A stretch of DNA of 64,000 nucleotides from Torpedo marmorata (taxonomy: Eukaryota): positions 8,742,001 to 8,806,000 of the forward strand of contig OZ360232.1 of NCBI GenBank assembly GCA_977017645.1, read 5' to 3'. The notes under the pieces were generated by a model that saw nothing but the letters and a program-made list of their open reading frames with translations, ran no database searches and was not told the origin of the DNA. Of the stretch, positions 50,664 to 61,566 are shown in pieces; position 1 is the stretch's first letter, and each line of letters opens with the position of its first letter. A program made the position numbers and the translations under genes.

Positions 50664-53000
50664 ATTATCAAGGTCATCATTGAGGACAAAAGGAAAGGGG
50701 TAACTTTACAGCAGGCAGAACGCAGCCACAGAGGCTCACTGTGCTATGGGCAGAGGATATTGTCTTGTACCAACAAACTTAGCAAAAGGAAAATTGTGCC
50801 AGATCATTTAATTTAATATGTAAATGTCATAATGTTCAATTCTCAAGATAATGACAATGTTGAAAAGGATTGTCATTGTGGGTATGTAAGTGTTAGAGAT
50901 AGGTTACCTTCATGTGGTGGGTGCTGGCATTGTTGCATACACTGCATATGCACAACCTTTTAAAGTTGCACATATCATGCAATTCATGTCGATGTGCACA
51001 AGTAAAACCTGCAAAAGCTAGTTTGTTGCTTGATGATGAGGGATACCTATAGTGACTTCAATCCAACAAATAGTCACTTGGAGGCTAGGTGAGATATCTG
51101 TTCTTGACGCATTTCAATTAATTTACTAACAAGTCCAATAGGTTCAAAAACTTTATTAACACACGATGACTTGTATCAATCTTCAATGACTTAAATATCT
51201 TCTTTAACGAAATGTAAACAATCCTTGATAACGATGCTTAATAACGCTCCTTTAAAATGGTCAATTAAAACTATGACGATCTCACTCACCCTCCTCTAAG
51301 TCGCCATGTTTATAATTCTTCTTCTCCGATTCGCACGCATGCTACACCACGCATACTCCACCGCGCATACTCCACCGTGTATGCTCCAGCCACTTCCCCA
51401 CTGCGCATGCGCCCGTCGGCACTCCCGCGCATGCGCAGAGTACTCAATAGGCCTAGCACGGCCTACTAATCTCTGTGACTCCTCCGACACCCGCTTGATA
51501 CATCGGAACGTCGCGATGAAGGTAGGAACCGAGCCTATGGCTCTTACAACGGCCCCTAATTATTATAACGAGACACAATGTCTTAAATAATAATTACACA
51601 ATCAATTACAATAAACATACAGTATAACATTCAAACAATATACAAATCTTCTTTCTTCTTAATATCAGAGTTTACCATCACTCTGAATCAACAAAAGTCT
51701 GTAACCTGTGTAGTATACAAAACAACAAAATAAAGTCAGTTAGTATTTATCAAAGTTATTTTATCTCCAGAATCTTTGAGTTAGAACGTCGACCAGTAAA
51801 CCTCAAATCTTCCTCAAACAAAATAGATACAGTTTTTCTTTTGAATTTAACATGAGGTATTTCTTCAGCATGTCGTTTCTATTAGGAATAATTTGAACTT
51901 TCATAACCAGATTTTGAATATTTATCTGATCCTCTCGATTTTAATAAACGAGTCTCTTTAACCACTCTGGTTTCTATTGCCTTTTCCTGCAATTCCAAAT
52001 CCAATTTTGCAACTTTCAATTCAGTCTCATTTTCTTCTGAGAAATTAATAACTTGATCTGAAGTGAAAATATCATGTGATACATTGGTACTTCTATTGTC
52101 AACCACACTATGGTAAACTTGAAATTTTTGAATTTCTTCATCTTGCTTGTTACATTGCTGCAATGCAATATCACTTTCTTTCTGCATTGTTGAGCCTTCA
52201 ATTTACATTCTAAATTGTTTTCTATATTCAGCTGTTTTGTGTTATTAACCAATAACTTGTTCTCTTTCAAAAGATTAATCTCTTCCTCCAACCTTTTACA
52301 TTTTGATCATGCTGAATCTCTTTCCTCAATAACTATTTATTTCTTCAGCATTTATTCTTTTCTTCCGCTTTCTGATTTTGTGAATTTTATTTACAATTAA
52401 ATCTTTCTGATTACTGTTTTCATGATTATCCAATATTTCCAATTACTTTTTCAACATTTTGTTCTCTGAATTCAATTGCATTAAATTATCATTCACATTC
52501 TTCTTTATTCCATCAACACAATTTTCTGCTTTCATCAGTTTTACATCACGTTGCAAGATTTCTTCATAGACTTTGTCTGCTGTAACCTCTGAACTACAAA
52601 ATCTTCGACCTTCTTCCTTGAATATTAAGTTTGTTCATTAGTCCCACCGTGCAAAAAGATGCAGTGCTGCCTGGGTCGAGAAATGCATATGTATGTACTG
52701 TTTCATCCCCTTTCTTGGTCTAGACTTGTACAGGCACTATTGAAAGTTTGCAGTTATCCACACCATCCCCAGTAAGACCACTTGTCTGAACTGAGGTTAT
52801 AACATTGTTTTCTGTTGTTTCCTTTGTTTCTATTTGCTCCTTTTCCAATTCCTTGTTTCTTTGATGGGTATGCAACATTCTAGGATGCTTCAAATTGCAT
52901 ATGTTACAATTAATTCACTTTTCGCAGTATTACTGATGTGCCCTTTACACAGACAGCTAAAACATACTCCATTTTCCTTTAAGAAAGCGATCTTCTCATT

Positions 53001-53483
53001 ATCAGAATCAGAATCAGAATCAGAATTTATTGTCATGAACAAGTCATGAAATTCGGTGTTTTGCGGCAGCATCATAGTGCAATTAACATTCATATTAACC
53101 ATCTAACGACATTACTATAAAAAATAATAAACAATAGTGCACGAAAAGTAAGGCAGTGTCTTTGGTTCATTGATTATTCAGGAATCTGATGGCAGCGGGG
53201 AAGAAGCTGTCCTTGTGCCGTTGAGTGCTCGTCTTTAGGCTCCTGTACCTTTTTCCCGATGGAAGCAGAGTGAAGAGGGCATGGCCTGGGTGGTGGGTCT
53301 TTGAGGATAGAGGCTGCTTTTTTAAGACACCGACTCATGTAGATGTCCTCGATGGAGTGAAGTTTGGTGCCTGTGATGTCACAGGCCGAGTTAACAACCC
53401 TCTGGAGTTTACTCTTGTCCTGAGAGTTGGCGCCTCCATACAAGGCAGTGATGCAACCAGCCAGAATGCTCTCCACGGTACAC
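53001..53483 (-). mobile_element. Rex1/Babar 3' fragment nested in BEL gag
   Basis: (TCAGAA)n tail; nearly identical to 59965-60433. Confidence 0.92.
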
Positions 53484-54356
53484 CTTCTTTTCCAACCGTA
53501 AACACATTTACAAAGCATGTCCACCTTTACAGAACAAACAACTTTTCTCATAAGGCAAACTTTCCTTTTCCTTATTTACTTTATCTATAACTGACACATT
53601 AGTAGCAAAAGTACTCCCTTTCAATTTCGGACTAGGCTGTGAGTTAGACCTCCTTACATCTTTTTTCCCCATTGAGTTGTCTCTGGTATTTCCATATATT
53701 AGATGTGTTTTAATGTTCACCTGTTGTTCAAGGAAATCTACCAAATCCTTTAAGGTAGCTCTTTGATCGTATTTTTCCTGTATATCACAAGCCAAATTTC
53801 TCTATCTATCTCACATCTTGTAAGGTAATTTATCTAAGATGATTCACATATTACCAGGCACATTAAGCTCACGAATATTATCTATATATTCCATGGCATT
53901 ACAACATCCTCTTAAAAAGAGAGTGTATGCTTGTAGAGCCTTTACATCATTCAGTTTTATTGATGTCCATTTAAGAGCTTTATCCATATAAGCTAAAGCA
54001 ATTTGACGCTTGTTGCCAAAATGCTGTTCTAGTAAAGACTTAGCTCTTTCTAATCCTCTTTCGAGGACATATGTTGACAACTCTTTACAAGTTCTCTTGG
54101 ATGACCTTCTGTGAACATTTCCAAATAATAAAAACAGTCTTCAGGGTCTTGGCATTTATTTTCAATATTGCGTCTAAAAGATCTCATGAACGCTTGGTAC
54201 TGAAGTGAATCACCATCAAAAGTTTGTATCCCTTTCTTTGGCAAAGAAGAGAGAGACTGTAACTGAATCAATGATGCAGCAATTTCATTTTGTCTTCTCT
54301 TGGATGACAATACATTGCTCTGTTCACCACCTCGTTACAGGTAATGTATCTGGAAA

Positions 54357-56635
54357 AAAACACAAATGCTGGAGAAACTCAGCAGGTCAAACAGTGTCTC
54401 TTATGTAGCAAAGGTAGAAATACATAACCGACGTTTCGGGCTTGAGCCCTTCATCAAAGTATGAGAAAATGCCGGCAGGCGTCCGAACAAAAGAGTGAGG
54501 GGGGGAGGGGGGGGTGGCAAAGGCAGGTGATGATAGGTGGAGAAAGGAGGGAGGGGACAGCAGAAAAGAGGGGGAGGAGGGATGGCTGGGTGGGTGGAAA
54601 AAAACTGGAAGGACAGGTGAGGGGGGAGGGGAAGGTAAAGACAAGCAGGTGTAGTGGAAAGCAGAAAAGTCAATGTTAATGCTATCTGGCTGGAGAGTGC
54701 CCAGACGGAAAATGAGATGCTGTTCCTCCAATTTGCAGGTAGTCTGGGTGGGATAATACATGAGGCCATGGGCAGACATGTGAGTGTGGGAGTGTGACTC
54801 GGAATTGAAATGGTCGCTGTTGTTTCCGTCGGAGAGGAGGTGCTCAGCGAAGCGATCTCCCAATCTACGACCGGTCTCTCCGATGTAGAGAAAGCCACAA
54901 AGGGTGCACCGGATGCAGTAAATAAGTTCTCTGGATGTATAAGTGAAGTGTAGCTTCACCTGAAGGTCTCTGGATATCAGATCTGACTGGTGAACCTATT
55001 TTCCACAATAAAATTAATCTATAGTTGTTCTTTTTTAGATTGACATTCTCCTTACTCTATCTTTTTCTTTCTTACTTTTTATTTTATTTTATAGATTAGT
55101 AGGGGTGGGAGGGTTAGGGTGGGGAGGGAGGTTGGGGGCGAGAAAATGTATCACATGTATTTTGATAATTTTGCATTTTATTCAGTGTATTGTGTGATTT
55201 AAAATTTTAAATAAAATATTTTTTTAAAAAGTGTAGCTTCACTTGAAAGGCCTGTTTGGGGCCCCGGACCGTGGTGAGGGGGGAGGTGTGGGCGCAGGTG
55301 TTGCACCTCCTGCGGGCACAGGGAAAGGTGCCGGGGGTGCGATGGGTGGGGAGGGATGAATGCACGAGGGAATCGCGAGGGAGCGGTCCCAGCGGAAGGC
55401 CGAGAGGTGAGGAGAAGGAAAAATGTGTCTGGTGGTGGGATCCTGTAGTAAGTGCCGGAAATTCCGGTGGATAATGTGTTGGATGTGGAAGCTGGTGGGG
55501 TGGTAGGTGAGGATGAGGGGGATTCTATGTTTGTTGCGTCTAGGGGCAGAGGGGGCCAGGGCAGATGAGCGGGAAATGGAGGAGATGCGGGTGAGGGCTG
55601 AGTTGATGGTGGTGGAGGGGAAGCCACGTTTGTGGAAGAAGGCAGACATTTCAGAAGATCTCATCTTGGGATCAGATGCGGCGGAGACGGAGAAATTGAG
55701 AGAAGGGGATGGAATCCTTGCAGGGGATAGGGTGTGAGGAAGTGTAGTCCAGATAGTTGTGGGAGTTGAAGGGTTTGTAGTAAATGTTGGTGGAAAGCTT
55801 GTCTCCCGAGATGGAGACAGAGAGATCCAGGAAGGGGAGTGTGTTATCGGAGATGGACCAGGTGAGTTTGAGATCGGGGTGGAAGGTAGATGTGAAGTGG
55901 ATGAAGTTGACAAGCTCATCGCGGGTGCATGAGGCAGCCCCGATGTAGTCGTCGATATAACGGAGGAAGAGATGAGGGGTCTTGCCTGTGTAGGCTTACA
56001 GCATGGATTGCTCCACAAAGCCCACAAACAGGCAGGCATAGCTGGGACCCATGCGGGTACCCATGGCTACTCCTTTTATTTGGAGGAAGTGGGATGAGTT
56101 GAAGGAGAAGTTATTGAGAGTGAGGACAAGTTCTGCCAGGCGGAGGAGGGTGGTGGTAGAGGGTGACTGGTCGGGTCTTTGGTCCAGGAAGAAGCGAAGT
56201 GCTTTCAGACCTTTTGTGTGGGGGATAGAGGTATAAAGGGATTGGACATCCATGGTGAAGATGATGCGGTCCGGTTCAGGGAATCTGAAGTCATTGAGGA
56301 GATGGAGGGCATGTGAGGTGTCGCGGATGTAGGTGGGGATGGATTGGACCAAGGGAGAAAAGATGGAGTCAAGGTAAGATGAAACTAGTTCGGTGGGGCA
56401 GGAGCAGGCAGAAACAATGGGTCTGCCACCACCCCCCCCCCCCACTTCCCCCCCTCACTCTTTTGTTCGGACGCCTGCCGGCATTTTCTCATTCTTTGAT
56501 GAAGGGCTCAAGCCCAAAACGTCGGTTATGTAGTTCTACCTTTGCTACATAAAAGACACTGTTTGACCTGCTGAGTTTCTCCAGCATTTGTGTTTTTTAC
56601 TTCACCCACGGTGTCTACAGATCTTCGTGTTTTAC
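54357..56635 (-). mobile_element. Penelope-like element nested in BEL gag, with inverted terminal repeat
   Basis: RT motifs (RPIVS, TMDVQSLYT, GVAMGT, RYIDD) and GIY-YIG (LIYCIRC...YIGET). Inverted end copy at about 56430-56635. TSD TAATGTATCTGGAAA at 54342-56 and 56636-50. Confidence 0.93.
54965..55228 (+). mobile_element. L1/Tx1 3' UTR fragment nested in Penelope
   Basis: Similar to 48870-49140. TSD AAGTGTAGCTTCACYTGAA at 54946-64 and 55229-47. Confidence 0.85.
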
Positions 56636-58656
56636 TAATGTATCTGGAAACCTCACTAGTGCAGTTTCTCCCATATTTCTGATGCTTGACTCGAACGCCA
56701 AAAATCTGCATCGTTTGACCGAACCCACGTCGCAGACTTGTCTTCGGATGTTAGCACTGGTACATGTGACTTGATAACACCATGCTCTTGAAGGCTTTGT
56801 CCTTGTATTTGCATGTCTTGTACCCGTGGTACTAAAATATCTACCTTTTTGGTTGATTTCTTTTCCTGTGGCTCTTTTTAAAAATATAACTCTTATCATC
56901 GCACACTTTGGATAATTTACTCCGAGCACCAGATACCATTGAGCCTTCTAGTAGCTTCATTCTGGCCCTGGCAATAGCAATGTTTGCTTCCAACTCCTGC
57001 TGCTCCTTTCTCTGCCTTAGCTGCTCCTCCTGTCCTTCTAAAATATGTTTATACTTACGTAAGCGTTTTTTGTTGCGCAAGAAGAGTGGCCAAGTCAACT
57101 TCAACCTTTGTACGTGACGATGCAGAACTTGAAGTATGAGAAACTCTGGAGTTTGAACCAGAAAAACTTTGTTTGCTTCTCCTGCTTTCAACATTTGTCA
57201 CATTCTTGTATTTCATCCTGCAGGTCAGATGTTGTCTTCTTACTTACCTCTTTCTCCAATTCGAATTGTACTTCCTTTGCATCTTCATCCTCTTTGTTTT
57301 GATGACACATTTTCAGCCATTTCCACGTTGCCGTCTTCGTGTTCAGTCGTTGTCTTCTGCAATAAGTTTGCAATGTTTTCATTCCCATCAACTGAAGCCG
57401 CTGCCACTTCTACCTTTGCCAGCTTCAGTCTTGCAATGAGAATACTTTTATTTCCACTTATATCTAGTTTCAGTCGCTTCAATTCTTCTTTGAGATCCAC
57501 AACCTTCATGTCTTCAATACGTTGGTCCTCAACAGCAATATCAGCGGATGCTGCGGCCATTTTACTCGTCTTGTTCCACCGTCCTTCGAGCATACACAAC
57601 ACGAGCCAAATCAATAATCCCCAATGGACTAGCGACAGCAAATCCAAACTCTCTTCAAACTTGCCAAAGATACACAGAAGGAGTCCACAGACTTATGCCT
57701 ACCACTTCAGATGGCTGTAATGTGCTGCTATTCACAAACGTGTTTCCACCGCAGCATCCGTCAATAATATCACTGATTTTCAAGAAATGGTTTCTCCAAC
57801 GTATTTATAGGACACTTTACTATAAGATTAGAAGCTCTGAATCCCTCTCTGGCGGTTACTCATGGCAGATGGATGTGGATTACAAACTGCCCCTAACTTG
57901 AGGCATCTCCAAGATGGCCACCATTTTATTTTAAATATCAGTCCAAAGCACAGAGAGATTATTCTATCTTCTTTCCTTCAATTTTCTGTTCCAAACAATA
58001 AGTTTTCATTGACTAAAATATAGTGACTTCAATCCAACAACTAGTCACTTGGAGGCTAGGTGAGATATCTGTTCTTGACATGTTTCGATTAATTTACTAA
58101 CAAGTCCATAGGTTCAAAAACTTTATTAACACACGATGACTTGTAGCAATCTTCAATGACTTAAATATCTTCTTTAGCGAAATGTAAACAATCCTTGATA
58201 ACGATGCTTAATAACGATTCTTAATAACGCTCCTTTAAAACGGTTAATGAAAACTATGACGATCTCACTCACCCTCCTCTAAGTCGCCATGTTTATAATA
58301 CTTCTTCTCCGATTCACGCGCATGCTACACCGCGCATACTCCACCGCGCATGCTCCAGCCACTTCCCCACTGCGCATGCGCCCGTCAGCACTCCCGCGCA
58401 TGTGCAGAGTACTCAATAGGCCTAGCACAGCCTACTAATCTCTGTGACTCCTTCGACACCCGCTTGATACATCGGAACGCCGCGATGAAGGTAAGAACCG
58501 AGCCTATGGCTCTTACAATACCTTTCCATTAAAAATGATTGCCTCACTACAGCAGAGCACGTGATACTGAAATAATTTGTCTGATATCATGGCTGTTGTA
58601 CTATCCTAGAAATTATTTAGTGTAACCTCCAATGTGAAGTTGATTTCTTTTTCTCA

Positions 58657-58888
58657 GTTTAATTTAATTTAGACATACAGCCCGGTAACAGGCCCTTTCA
58701 GCCACAAGCCCGTGCTGCCCAATTACACCCAATTGACCTACAACCCCTGGTACATTTTGAATGGTGGGAGGAAATCCATGCAGACACGGGGAGAACGTAC
58801 AAACTCCTTACAGACAGCGCGGTATTCAAACCCCAGTCGCTGGCGCTGTAACAACGTTGCGCCAACTGCTACGCTAACCGTGCCGCCC
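58657..58888 (-). mobile_element. V-SINE
   Basis: Reverse complement of 7410-7658 with a small internal deletion. Confidence 0.9.
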
Positions 58889-58930
58889 TAAATTCTTTTA
58901 CCCTGCTTGGTTCGATCTTTCTATACTTAC

Positions 58931-61566
58931 TGTAGCAACCTTTGAGTGAGTATATGTTGTAGATACACACAGGCTTGGTACGCCGTGTATGATGTCATGA
59001 CGCACATATATAGTGTGGCGCGGGAAACAATCTTTAGTTTAGTAATAAAGAATGAATGAAGCACCACGTCTCCGTGTGCTTGTGTATATCTAAGCCTAGA
59101 ATACACTACAGATTGGTGACGAGGATCGAAACGAACTTCCCTGACAAGGAAAGGGAGGAGAAGAAAAGAAGAAAGGAAGAAAAGGAAAACACAAGGCTAC
59201 CACAGCAGTGAGCCCCACAGGCTCACTCACAGAGAAGAAAGAAAGGAAAACGCGGGAAACTACTCAAAATGGCGGACAGCCGTTTTGGAGAGTACAAAGA
59301 CTCAGAAGACTGGTATGACGACATTGAAAGATTCAATATGTACTGTATTGCCCACAATGTAGTTGATACACCAGTAACCAAGAGGAAACAAGCTCTGTTT
59401 CTAAGTGAAGTGGGAAGCAAAACTTTTAAACTTATGAAGTCCCTTTTGGCACCTGAAAGACCAAGTGCTAAGACTTATGATGAACTGTGCATGGTAATAG
59501 GAGAACACCTATTCCCCAGACCAGTAATAATTGCAGAACGTTATAAGTTTTATTCCAGAAAGCAAATGGCAGGCGAACCCATAAGCGAATATTTAGCTGA
59601 ATTGCACAGGCTATCAGAATGTTGTGAGTTCGGAGAATTCTTGAATGATGCATTAAGAGACTGATTGGTCATGGGTTTGGCTGACCGCAACACCCAACAA
59701 CAATTACTAAGTAAACCAGATTTAGACATTAAGTCTGCTTATGCTACAGCATTGAGTTTCAAAATGGCCAGCCAAAATATCGATATTATACAAGGAGAGC
59801 CCTCAACCGTGGGGTTTGTTACAAAATCTAAACGACAAGAATGTTTCCGCTGCAGGAAAAGCAACCACAGCCCTGACAACTGTTATTTTAAAAAAGCCAA
59901 ATGCCATTTATGAGACAAAGAAGGTCACATCAAATCCAGATGTCCAAACAGAAGAAGACGAAGGATCAGAATTTATTGTCATGAACAAGTCATGAAATTC
60001 GGTGTTTTGCGGCAGCATCATAGTGCAATTAACATTCATATTAACCATCTAACGACATTACTATAAAAAATTATAAACAATAGTGCACGGAAAGTAAGGC
60101 AGTGTCTTTGGTTCATTGATTATTCAGGAATCTGATGGCAGCAGGGAAGAAGCTGTCCTTGTGCCGTTGAGTGCTCGTCTTTAGGCTCCTGTACCTTTTT
60201 CCCGATGGAAGCAGAGTGAAGAGGGCATGGCCTGGGTGGTGGGGGTCCTTGAGGATAGAGGCTGCTTTTTTAAGACACCGCCTCATGTAGATGTCCTCGA
60301 TTGAGTGAAGTTTGGTGCCTGTGATGTCACAGGCCGAGTTAACAACCTTCTGGAGTTTACTCTTGTCCTGGGAGTTGGTGCCTCCATACCAGGCAGTGAT
60401 GCAACCAGCCAGAATGCTCTCCACGGTACACCTGTAGAAGTTTACGAGAGTCTTTGGTGACATACCGAATCTCCGCAAACACCTCACAAAGTATAGCCGC
60501 TGACGACCCGTCTTTGTGATTGCATCCACGTGGATGCTCCAGGACAGATCCTCGGAGATGTTGACACCCAGGAATTTGAAGTTCTTGACCCTCTCCACGA
60601 CTGAGCCCTCGATGAGGACTGGGTCGTGTTCCCCTGACTTCCTCCTGAAGTCCACAATCATCTCCTTGGTTTTGCTGACTCTCCTTGGTTAGAATAATAT
60701 ACCAAAAAAGAAATAAGCAAAACCCAAAATACAGCAGTCAACCGTCCAAAGTGAAAAATATAGAAGAGAAGGACGAAACCCCTAGCGGTGATTCTACTAA
60801 TGACTCGGAGGGGGAAAAGGCTGTGGATGTAATGCAGGCAGTGGATGTAATGCATGTCCGCAGTGTGGGGGACAAGAAATCTGAAATTTATGTAGAGGTT
60901 AAAATCAATGACAAACCTCTTCAGATGGAGTTGGACACCGGATCATCGGTGACTTTAATGCCAAAACACATAAAAGCACAATTATTGCCCAACCTTACCA
61001 TAAAACATGGTATTGAAAACGGTCACAGGGGAAAAAGTCAAAGTGATTGGTAAGTGCAAAGTAAAAGTCGAATATAAGGGTAAGATCGCAAAAGACTTAC
61101 CCCTCGTCATCATTGACACAAAGGGACATGCATTGTTCGGAAGAAACTGGTTATCACACATCCAATTGGATTGGATGGAAATCGGGTCAGTACTGAAGAT
61201 TCATACTGAAAATGAACCAAAACTGACACAAGTGCTTAAAAAGTATCAACCCTTATTCGGAAAAGGCCTCGGGAAAATCAGAGTCCAAGCAAAGTTACAA
61301 TTGAAACCTGAAGCTGAACCAAAGTTCTATAAGCCAAGGACAGTGCCTTTTGCAATAAAAGGAAAGATTGAAGCAGAACTCAACAGATTAGAAAACGAAG
61401 GAATCATTGAAAAGCTTCAATATAGTGACTGGGCAGCTCCCATTGTGCCAGTCCGAAAACCGAATGGAGAAATCCGAATTTGCGGGGATTATAAAGTCAC
61501 CGTTAATCAAGCTCTGCAAATACCTGAACATCCCATGCCGAGAGCGGAGGAGTTATTCCAATCCCT
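58931..61566 (+). mobile_element. Gypsy (Mag-like) element, 5' part
   Basis: LTR 58931-59110 (TGTAG...CTACA), PBS TGGTGACGAGGAT (59114-59126, tRNA-Ser-type), gag from 59269, CFRC knuckle, protease LDTGS and RT start WAAPIVPV...RICGDYK. Confidence 0.9.
59965..60680 (-). mobile_element. Rex1/Babar 3' fragment nested in Gypsy gag
   Basis: ORF 60113-60661. Same family as 9431-11382. Confidence 0.93.

Larger units (their letters stand above)
51048..58517 (-). mobile_element. BEL/Pao-derived LTR element: SAP-Gag and partial protease, no RT/IN
   Basis: LTRs at 51048-51548 and 58019-58517. TSD ATACC at 51043-47 and 58518-22. BEL gag motifs (TFDGDSLQY, YYLEMFTEGHPRELVKSC, CLFCKGGH, CFSCLCKGH) and protease YAFLDPGS near 52665-52690. 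Confidence 0.92.
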
